Assembly (NCBI GenBank): GCA_050298055.1
Contig: JBNKTL010000011.1
Coordinates: forward strand, 1-64,000
Source of the DNA: Spirochaetota bacterium
Lineage (GTDB): Bacteria; Spirochaetota; UBA4802; UBA5550
Direction: 5' to 3'
Length of the DNA: 64,000 nucleotides
Shown: in pieces, positions 56,914 to 64,000 of the stretch
How positions within the stretch are numbered: the stretch's first letter is position 1
Layout of the letters: the number at the start of each line of letters is the position of its first letter
Translations under genes and position numbers: made by a program
Notes under the pieces: model-generated
The model's input: the letters and a program-made list of their open reading frames with translations, nothing else
Database searches by the model: none
Told to the model about the DNA's origin: nothing

Positions 56914-58258
56914 GGGAAGGGAAAGCCTCATCGTATGAGTGCGCCTTGGAAAGGTTGCTGAACTTTGTATACTGTTCCCAGAACTTGAGGGGGATGGTCC
57001 CGGTGGGGCCGTTTCTCTGCTTGGCGATGATAATATCTGCAATTCCCTTCTTCTCAGTCTCCTTTTTCACCTTCTCTTCCCGGTAAATGAAGAGGACCAC
57101 GTCTGCGTCCTGTTCAATGGCGCCCGATTCCCTGAGGTCGGAGAGGTTGGGGATCTGGTCCACCCGCGACTCAACGGCCCGGGACAGCTGCGAAAGGGCT
57201 ATGACCGGGACATCAAGCTCCCGGGCAAGCTGTTTGAGCATCCTTGAAATCTCCGCTATCTGCTGGTGCCGTTCGGCCTTGAGCATGCTGGAGATAAGCT
57301 GGAGGTAATCGACAACTACCATTCCCAGGGGTTCCTTGGTTGCCAGCCTCCTTGCCTTCTGCATGATCTGGAGAATTGTCATTGAAGGGGTATCGTCAAT
57401 ATATATGGGTGATTTCGCCAGATCGCTTGAAACCTGGAAGATTTTTTCAAGCTGCTCCTTTTTCGTGTAACCGGTTCTCACCAGCTGCGAGTCAACCATG
57501 GATTCGATGCAGAGCATCCTCATCCCCAGCTGTACCGCGGGCATCTCAAGGGAGAAAAAGAGTACCGGTTTCTCCTCTTTAAGAGCAACATGGTTCATGA
57601 TATTGAGGGCAAGGGCGGTTTTCCCCATACCGGGCCGTGCGGCAACGATAATCAGCTCGGACCCGTGGAAACCCGTGAGTTTTTCATCGAGGTCGTCGAA
57701 ACCGGAAGCGATCCCCGTTACCAGTTTCTTGGTGGTGTTCCATTTGATGATGCTTTTCAGGGTATCGTCAATGACTTCATCGATTCCCCGGTAGCTTGAG
57801 GTGTCCCTCTTCTCTGTTACCTTAAAGATGTTCCGTTCAACGTCGTCAATAAGTTCATCGGTCTCCATTGACATGTCATAGCATTTTTCAATGGAACTTG
57901 TAGTCACCCGTATAAGGTTCCTCCTGAGGCTGAGCTCCTTTATCCTGTTGGCGTAGAACCCCGCATTTGCCGAAGTAGAGGCGGACTGGTAGAGCTCAAC
58001 CAGTGTCTGTTCACCGCCGATTTTTTCAAGTTTTCCGGTATCCTCAAGCCTCTGCTTGAGCATGGGGAGGTCAATGGGAAGGTTCCTGCTCTCCAGTTCC
58101 AGTATTGTTTCAAATATTGTTCTGTTGCTCTCAAGATAAAAATCCTCCGGGTGGAGGATTTCCGTTACTTTGAACAGGCCTTCCCTGCTGAGAAGTGCTG
58201 AAGCCAGACAGGCAATTTCTGTATCGATATCCTGCGGAGGCAGCCTGTCGATGCTCAT
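56900..58258 (-). CDS. dnaB: Replicative DNA helicase
   Basis: AARPGMGKT, FSLEM, VDYLQL, LSQLSR, DLRESGAIEQDAD and KQRNGP motifs. Confidence 0.98.
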   Translation of the reverse strand: MSIDRLPPQDIDTEIACLASALLSREGLFKVTEILHPEDFYLESNRTIFETILELESRNLPIDLPMLKQRLEDTGKLEKIGGEQTLVELYQSASTSANAGFYANRIKELSLRRNLIRVTTSSIEKCYDMSMETDELIDDVERNIFKVTEKRDTSSYRGIDEVIDDTLKSIIKWNTTKKLVTGIASGFDDLDEKLTGFHGSELIIVAARPGMGKTALALNIMNHVALKEEKPVLFFSLEMPAVQLGMRMLCIESMVDSQLVRTGYTKKEQLEKIFQVSSDLAKSPIYIDDTPSMTILQIMQKARRLATKEPLGMVVVDYLQLISSMLKAERHQQIAEISRMLKQLARELDVPVIALSQLSRAVESRVDQIPNLSDLRESGAIEQDADVVLFIYREEKVKKETEKKGIADIIIAKQRNGPTGTIPLKFWEQYTKFSNLSKAHSYDEAFPSHDLN

Positions 58259-58262
58259 CTAA

Positions 58263-58709
58263 TTACTCCTCTTTTTCTACTTGAAGTTTAACAACAGCAG
58301 TAAGTCCGTCATCAAGCTTTACCTGGATATCAAATTCACCGGTAGTCTTAATGGGATTTTCTATCGCTATCTTTCTTTTATCAATGCTGTATCCCTTTTC
58401 AAGCAGTTTTTTTGCCACATCCATTGAAGTTATGGAACCGAAGAGTTTCTCCTCTTCACCCACTTTGGCTGTGATGAGAATCTCAAGGCCGTTAAGGCTT
58501 TCATGGACTTTCTCGCTCTGTTTTTTCCTCTTATCTTTCTTGAGCTTTATGAGTCGTGCCTGATGTTCGATGACCTTTTTATTTGATTCACTTGCCGGGA
58601 TCACAAGCTTTTTCGGAATGAGATAGTTCCGTGCGTATCCGTCGGCAACCTCTTTGATGTCTCCCGCGTCACCGAGGTTCATAATATCTTTCTGCAGTAT
58701 CACTTTCAT
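58263..58709 (-). CDS. rplI: 50S ribosomal protein L9
   Basis: MKVIL..LG..G..VADGYARNYLIP and KLFGSIT motifs. Confidence 0.97.
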   Translation of the reverse strand: MKVILQKDIMNLGDAGDIKEVADGYARNYLIPKKLVIPASESNKKVIEHQARLIKLKKDKRKKQSEKVHESLNGLEILITAKVGEEEKLFGSITSMDVAKKLLEKGYSIDKRKIAIENPIKTTGEFDIQVKLDDGLTAVVKLQVEKEE

Positions 58710-58770
58710 GACATTCTCCTGTTTTAATCAAGTGCTCTTTTCCGGTACATCAACATGACCGGTGAATAAT

Positions 58771-59646
58771 CTAGTGCTGATCTGCCGATTCAACATTCAG
58801 CTTTCTGAAATCCGCCCAGAGGTCCAGGGTCCCGAACCCGGTGAGCAGTATAACGATAAAAATAAATGCCTCAAAACTCAGAATAAAAGTCAAAATGAGC
58901 GTTAAGGTCAGTACATGGGCCGGCTTCTGTTTTTTTATCAGCAAAAATCTGACCACACCCAGTGCCTGTACGAGATAGAGAGCCGATACAATCAATCCTG
59001 TATTTAAACCCGCCAGGTAGAGTGTCTCATACTTTGATTTATCCAGTACGAGAAAAGAAAGCCAGCCGCCAATCAGTAAAAATATTACATAGTCATTCAG
59101 CTTGAAAAATTCCAATCCCTTTATTAAAAATGGTCCAAATAATCTTGTTAAGAGTATTTTTATCATAATAAAACCGAGAATCGAAATAATCAGTGAATTG
59201 ATAAAAAAGTAAAAAGGAACGATATCGCTCACAAATGTAATCAGAGTGTCAATATTATCCGTTATCAGTTTTTTCTTATCTTTCGGTATGTCGGTGTTTT
59301 TAATAATCTCCAGTGTTTGCGCTTTAGACTCTGTTAAAATATTGTAATTTTTGTAGTGTTTCAGATAATAAAAATCTCCTGTATAGATCAGGGTCAGAAG
59401 GAGCGCCGATACGAGTATAAAAAAACCGAAACTCAAGTCCTTTTTGAATACCAGCCCCGCCACAGACCCGATCACAACCGGTGAAACAAGCGTGGGGACA
59501 GAGCCTTTAAACCCGAACAGGGAAATAAGCAAAACAACTGCCGGCAGGAGAAGAACAGCTCCCTTCCATCCCAGCTTATAGCATGCAATGGCCGAACCAA
59601 AAAGTATCGCCGCGCCGAAAAAAAATAACAGGATAAATAAATTCAC
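58771..59646 (-). CDS. DUF2232 (YybS-like) membrane protein
   Basis: Multi-TM protein with QALGV and G..DLWADFRK C-terminus; usual position between rpsR and rplI. Confidence 0.85.
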   Translation of the reverse strand: MNLFILLFFFGAAILFGSAIACYKLGWKGAVLLLPAVVLLISLFGFKGSVPTLVSPVVIGSVAGLVFKKDLSFGFFILVSALLLTLIYTGDFYYLKHYKNYNILTESKAQTLEIIKNTDIPKDKKKLITDNIDTLITFVSDIVPFYFFINSLIISILGFIMIKILLTRLFGPFLIKGLEFFKLNDYVIFLLIGGWLSFLVLDKSKYETLYLAGLNTGLIVSALYLVQALGVVRFLLIKKQKPAHVLTLTLILTFILSFEAFIFIVILLTGFGTLDLWADFRKLNVESADQH

Positions 59647-59652
59647 ACTTCT

Positions 59653-60186
59653 CTATTTTTCAATAAATGGTATTAAAGCGATAATCCGTGCCTTCTTTAT
59701 GGCATTTGCCAGTCCTCTCTGATGCCTGGCGCATACACCGGTGACCCTTCTTGGAAGGATCTTACCCCTGTCAGTAATAAACCTGCCCAGTGTATCGGCG
59801 TCCTTGTAATCTATCTCCGCATTCTTGTTCGCGCAGAAATAACAGACCTTTCTCCTGAACTTTGGAAATCTCTGGGAAGAATCCCTTCTCTGGTAGCCTT
59901 CACCCTGCGGTCTCTCTCTCCTGGGTTCCTCTCCGGATGCCGGTTTTCTCTCTTTCGATTCTTCGGTTTTTTTCTCCTGAGTATTAGCTGTATCAGCAGT
60001 TTCCTGAGTTTTTGCCTCATCGGCAGTTCCCGAAGTTTTTTCTGTTTCGGAAGTTTCCACAGCAGCGGTTTCAGAAGTTTCTGCCGGTGCTTCGGTTTCC
60101 CTGGTTTCAGCAGCCGGGGTCTCGGTTACTTTCTCTTCCTGGTCTTCAACAGGAGCATTGTCCTGGTTATTTATTTCAGTTGTCAT
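59653..60186 (-). CDS. rpsR: 30S ribosomal protein S18 with long acidic N-terminal extension
   Basis: [42 protein letters not shown] core; about 100 extra E/T/A-rich residues at the N-terminus. Confidence 0.95.
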   Translation of the reverse strand: MTTEINNQDNAPVEDQEEKVTETPAAETRETEAPAETSETAAVETSETEKTSGTADEAKTQETADTANTQEKKTEESKERKPASGEEPRRERPQGEGYQRRDSSQRFPKFRRKVCYFCANKNAEIDYKDADTLGRFITDRGKILPRRVTGVCARHQRGLANAIKKARIIALIPFIEK

Positions 60187-60260
60187 TATTTTCTCCGTGT
60201 ATTGATAAGTCTCGTCTTCCCGAACGGCATTCAGCCGCTGCCGGACAATAATCTGTCTTC

Positions 60261-60701
60261 TCAGAAGGGTATTTCATCATCTGAAAATGGTTTTTGATAT
60301 CCGTTTTCCGGTTCACTGTAAACGGGTTCAGTTGATGTCTCGCCGCTGTAATCACCTGTTTCCGAACCTTTGGGTGAAAGGAACTGGAAGTTATCAATAA
60401 CCACCTCAATTGAGGAACGCTTCTGACCGGTCTGCTGGTCATCCCATGAGTGTTGTTTCAGCCTTCCTTCAACACCTATCCTCTGGCCCTTTTTGCAGTA
60501 CTGGGCAATGATCTCCGCTGCTTTGCTCCATGCAGTACACTTAATAAAGGAGACTTCCTCCTTCTTTTCACCTCCCAGGGTGTATGTCCTGTTCGAAGCA
60601 ACTGTAAAATCAGTAACCGCTGTTCCGTTGGGTGTATGACGCAGTTCCGGGTCTCTGACCAGCCGGCCGATAAGTATTACTTTGTTGATATCTCCTGCCA
60701 T
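60261..60701 (-). CDS. ssb: Single-stranded DNA-binding protein
   Basis: [15 protein letters not shown] and VEGRL motifs; acidic DDEIPF tail. Confidence 0.97.
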   Translation of the reverse strand: MAGDINKVILIGRLVRDPELRHTPNGTAVTDFTVASNRTYTLGGEKKEEVSFIKCTAWSKAAEIIAQYCKKGQRIGVEGRLKQHSWDDQQTGQKRSSIEVVIDNFQFLSPKGSETGDYSGETSTEPVYSEPENGYQKPFSDDEIPF

Positions 60702-60716
60702 GGCTCACTTCCTCCG

Positions 60717-61004
60717 TCAGGCTGATTTTTTTCTTTTCGGCAGAACGAAAAGGTATCTCAAAATGTCCGGATTGAGTTTGAATTCGCTGATGATTCTGGA
60801 TATGGAATCCGGTGAGGCTTCCAGGTTGAAAAGGATATAAAATCCCTCTTTTTCACCCTGTATCTCGTAAGCCAGCTTCTTGTTGCCCCAGCTGTCTTCG
60901 TTTGAAATGGCGGCCTTCTGTTTTGACAGTATATCCAAGACCTTCTGACGGAGTGAATCTGCGTCTTTGTTCCTGAGAATTACTGTTAATTCATAATTCT
61001 TCAT
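60717..61004 (-). CDS. rpsF: 30S ribosomal protein S6
   Basis: MKNYE, WGNKKLAYEI and ILRYL motifs. Confidence 0.96.
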   Translation of the reverse strand: MKNYELTVILRNKDADSLRQKVLDILSKQKAAISNEDSWGNKKLAYEIQGEKEGFYILFNLEASPDSISRIISEFKLNPDILRYLFVLPKRKKSA

Positions 61005-61011
61005 TAAAATG

Positions 61012-61064
61012 TCTCCTTCCTCTGGAATATGCTGCTCCCGTATCTTTGCCGGGGGCAGAAAGGT
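61012..61064 (-). promoter_or_regulatory. Probable S6:S18 autoregulatory mRNA leader
   Basis: Minus strand reads CCTTTCTGCCCCCG-GCAAAGATA-CGGGAGCAG-CATATT-CCA-GAGGAAGGAG: a hairpin, an unpaired CC motif and pairing over the SD, directly before rpsF. Confidence 0.65.
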
Positions 61065-61107
61065 TTAGCAATAGTTTTTTAACGGGGATAATTTTTCAAG
61101 GATATTT

Positions 61108-61296
61108 TTGATTAATTGTTCAATTTATTGGTTCCTGCTGAAAAGCTTTTTTCTTTTAAAAATATTGACACGTTATACATCCCTTAATGAAAAAGAGTTA
61201 TTTAATTTCCTGGAAACGGTGTGTGTGAACAGTGGTTATCAATTCTCAATATTTTATGATAAAAAATCTGCATTAGAATGGTTATTATCATCATAA
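61108..61296 (+). pseudogene. Possible C-terminal remnant of a SpoIIAA/STAS-like small protein
   Basis: Ends FLETVCVNSGYQFSIFYDKKSALEWL; no credible start or RBS. Confidence 0.4.
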
Positions 61297-61358
61297 TGCC
61301 TCTTTAAATATATTTAACAGGGTTTTCGGTCCAGCTTAACGTACGGTCGGGTAGTGAG

Positions 61359-61892
61359 TTATTCCTTTAAAAGTGAAAGTATCCACTTGATATTATCTTC
61401 AGAGTCCCACTCCTCGGGGCCCAGCTTCACCTTCCTGATGATTCCTTTCTTGTCCACGATGAAGGTCTCCGGAACCTCGGTGATCCCGAACTTCAAGGCG
61501 GTTTTGCTCAGGGGATCGGAGATGACCGGTATGCTGTAACCCATCTTTCTTATATATTTGAGACAGTTTTTCGCATTGTCATTAAAGACAAGGGGCAGCA
61601 TTTTGAAACCGGGGTTTGTCTTCAGTGTGTTGTAAAGCCTGTTAATATGGGGCATCTCCCCAATACTATCCCTGCACCAGTTGGCCCAGAAATTTATAAA
61701 AAGGACCTTTCCCTTAAGGTCAGCCGGTTTGATCTTATGCTGTGTCTCCACATCCCAGACCAGCATTTTCGGCAGAGGGGCACCCACAGGGAGCCTCTTG
61801 ACAGTTTTTGCGCCTCTTATGATGTTGTAGCCAAGAAGCCCCAAGGTTACAAGGCTCAGGAGAATGATGACAACAGGGAATATCTTCTTCAT
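61359..61892 (-). CDS. TlpA/ResA-like thioredoxin-fold protein with CxxS motif
   Basis: N-terminal TM, INFWANWCRDS and VPETFIVDKKG motifs. Confidence 0.88.
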   Translation of the reverse strand: MKKIFPVVIILLSLVTLGLLGYNIIRGAKTVKRLPVGAPLPKMLVWDVETQHKIKPADLKGKVLFINFWANWCRDSIGEMPHINRLYNTLKTNPGFKMLPLVFNDNAKNCLKYIRKMGYSIPVISDPLSKTALKFGITEVPETFIVDKKGIIRKVKLGPEEWDSEDNIKWILSLLKE

Positions 61893-62154
61893 TTTTACCT
61901 TCCGATCTTTTTCGTGATTCTGTTCTACCGGGTTTTTCTGTCAAGAATTATCTCATATTCCCATAGAATGCAAAGGAAGAAGTGTCAGCGCGGTTATCCG
62001 GTCAGGAAGGAAGTCCTGTTTGTATCAGATGGCCAGGTTGAATTAATATTGACAAACTGCGGGGAGAGTGTAGAGAATTGCTGTGATAATGTATCTGCTT
62101 TTTTTCTGATCTATGAACTGAGCTTTATAAAGTCGCAGGTTCAGGGCAATAAAA

Positions 62155-62751
62155 ATGCTAATAGATGAAATCACATTCAGAGAGGGGCAAAAAGAGGACA
62201 GCCTGAGAGTTGCTGAACTCGATAATATCGCTTCAGGTGGCACAATAGAATTTCTTTTTCATGATCTCATCCCGGGCTTGTCCCCCGTGGAGATTGTTGC
62301 GTCAAATCTTGAAAACGACAGGTACCCCCACAGCTACCGCAGTGTGATTGTAGCTGAATATGAAGGTGAGATTACCGGTTTCTCCCTGTCATTTCCTTCC
62401 GAATATCATTCTCTTACGAATGAAATGCGTGAATTTTTCCCGGCTGATCGCTTGGAACATTTTAAAGAAATTTTCACTACCCGTATCGAAGGCAGTTATT
62501 TTCTGGACGCTTTGTGTGTGGATAAGAAATACAGGAACCATGGTATCGGCGGAAAATTAATTGATCTTACAAAGGCTAAAGCCGGAAATGAAGGTTATAC
62601 GTCATTAAGTTTAATGGTATTTGCGGATAATCCCCTTGCCATAAAACTTTATAAAAATAAAGGCTTTGTTATTAGAAAAGTCGTTGAGTTAAAGTCCCAT
62701 GAATTGATCCCCCATGAAGGCGGCTGTCTTTTATTAGAGAGCGCCCTGTAA
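62155..62751 (+). CDS. GNAT family N-acetyltransferase
   Basis: FLDALCVDKKYRNHGIG and N..AIKLYKNKGF motifs. Confidence 0.92.
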   Translation: MLIDEITFREGQKEDSLRVAELDNIASGGTIEFLFHDLIPGLSPVEIVASNLENDRYPHSYRSVIVAEYEGEITGFSLSFPSEYHSLTNEMREFFPADRLEHFKEIFTTRIEGSYFLDALCVDKKYRNHGIGGKLIDLTKAKAGNEGYTSLSLMVFADNPLAIKLYKNKGFVIRKVVELKSHELIPHEGGCLLLESAL

Positions 62752-62841
62752 TAAACCAATGTACGCTGACGGTAAAACAGGTAGTATGTGTTGTTATTGA
62801 AGATAAGTGTTTTTATAATTTATGCATAACCGAGGAAATCT

Positions 62842-63798
62842 ATGAAAGCAGTAATCTGTACAAAATACGGACCACCGGAAGTCCTTCAACTGAAAGATGT
62901 AGAAAAACCTCAGCCCCGGGAGAATGAAGTCCTGATAAAGATACACGCCACAACCTGTCATATTGGAGATGTGAGGATTCGAAGTTTTAATGTTCCATTC
63001 TGGCAGATGGTTCCCTTTCGTTTATTTTTAGGTATCAGAAAACCGAAAAGAAGCATACTGGGGATGGAACTGGCGGGAGAAGTGGAGGATGTCGGGCAAA
63101 AAGTCATGCGCTTCAAAAAAGGAGACCGGGTTTTTGCCACAACGGGTTTTGTTTTCGGTGCCTATGCCCAGTATACATGCCTGCCGGAAAATGCTGGACG
63201 CATAAAAGAGGGATTAATCGCTATGAAACCCGAAAACATGTCATATGAGGAAGCCGCCGCCGGTGTTGCTACAGGAGGGTTGACCGCGTTAAGTCTCCTG
63301 AGAATGGCCGGGATAGAAAAGGGAGATAAAATTCTTATTTATGGCGCTTCCGGAAGTGTGGGGACATTCACGGTACAGCTTGCCAGGTACTTCGGGGCGA
63401 AAGTTACGGGGGTCTGCAGTACGGCGAACCTGGAAATGGTAAGATCGCTGGGAGCGGACCGGGTTATCGATTATACCCGGGAGGACTTCATCGAAAGATG
63501 CGGTACCTACCATGTTATTATTGATGCAGTGGATAAACTCCCCGTATCAAAAGGGAAAAAATTACTGAAGAAGAAAGGGATATACCTCAATGTTGTAAGG
63601 AACTTTAACTCAGAAGAGAAAATAAAAACCGAAGACCTGGTCTTTCTCAAAGAGCTTGTGGAGGCGGGAGAGATTCGCACGGTCATAGACAGGAAATATC
63701 CCCTGGAAGATATCGTTGAGGCCCACCGGTATGTTGAAAAGGGCCATAAAAAAGGACATGTGGTCATTACTGTGGGACATGAACAGGATGTATTATAA
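62842..63798 (+). CDS. NAD(P)-dependent MDR oxidoreductase (quinone reductase/RTN4IP-like)
   Basis: [32 protein letters not shown] and VIDYT motifs. Confidence 0.92.
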   Translation: MKAVICTKYGPPEVLQLKDVEKPQPRENEVLIKIHATTCHIGDVRIRSFNVPFWQMVPFRLFLGIRKPKRSILGMELAGEVEDVGQKVMRFKKGDRVFATTGFVFGAYAQYTCLPENAGRIKEGLIAMKPENMSYEEAAAGVATGGLTALSLLRMAGIEKGDKILIYGASGSVGTFTVQLARYFGAKVTGVCSTANLEMVRSLGADRVIDYTREDFIERCGTYHVIIDAVDKLPVSKGKKLLKKKGIYLNVVRNFNSEEKIKTEDLVFLKELVEAGEIRTVIDRKYPLEDIVEAHRYVEKGHKKGHVVITVGHEQDVL

Positions 63799-63880
63799 TA
63801 ACTGAAAGCCTTCAGAGGCTCCTTCCTGTTTCAAGAGATCTCTTCATTTGAGAAGACAAATCTGTTCTATTGAGTATTAT

Positions 63881-63981
63881 TAAACCGGTTTTTCTCCCCC
63901 CCGATAATTTTTCTCCAAACTGGGGGAGTGAGAGCATTAAACAAATTTTGGGGAGTGAGAGGGGGGAGAAAAACCGGTTTA
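63881..63981. repeat. 101-bp element with 21-bp perfect terminal inverted repeats
   Basis: TAAACCGGTTTTTCTCCCCCC (63881-63901) / GGGGGGAGAAAAACCGGTTTA (63961-63981), with an internal direct repeat GGGGAGTGAGAG x2. Confidence 0.75.
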
Positions 63982-64000
63982 TACAAAATATCTCCGGAAA

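Noticed and set aside
61640..61700. Selenocysteine in the TlpA redox motif, suggested by mnmH in the window
   Set aside because: The motif codons are TGC and AGT with no in-frame TGA, and I saw no UGA-interrupted redox gene elsewhere.

Overview
This 64-kb window is mostly core chromosome of an anaerobic bacterium, most likely Spirochaetota (inferred from gene content and order). Housekeeping genes include clpB, iorAB-ACT-paaK, mnmH/selU, dapL, holB-ricT-metG, parAB, glyA-valS and rpsF-ssb-rpsR-DUF2232-rplI-dnaB. It also carries a chemotaxis cluster (cheW-cheW-cheY-STAS-cheA-cheB, with no MCP, cheR or cheD), several outer-membrane or secreted proteins and a broken Rpn nuclease gene. I found no rRNA, tRNA, CRISPR array, intact transposase or integrase. 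The most striking unexplained structure is a dispersed family of ~135-141-bp intergenic quasi-palindromic elements: 8 copies, plus one core-only copy and one solo end. Each has ~13-bp terminal inverted repeats (GTAACTACTCAGC...GCTGAGTAGTTAC), AT-rich arms and a central ~16-bp GC hairpin whose two arms co-vary between copies and whose loop is inverted in one copy. Two near-identical copies directly bracket cheB. Other leads: an intact intragenic RpnS-type antitoxin start inside the disrupted Rpn toxin; a two-fold internally duplicated helical protein after cheB; a switch-like 5' UTR in front of the che operon; several apparent pseudo-enzymes; and remnants of other small repeat families. All protein calls come from motif recognition by eye; no database searches were run.
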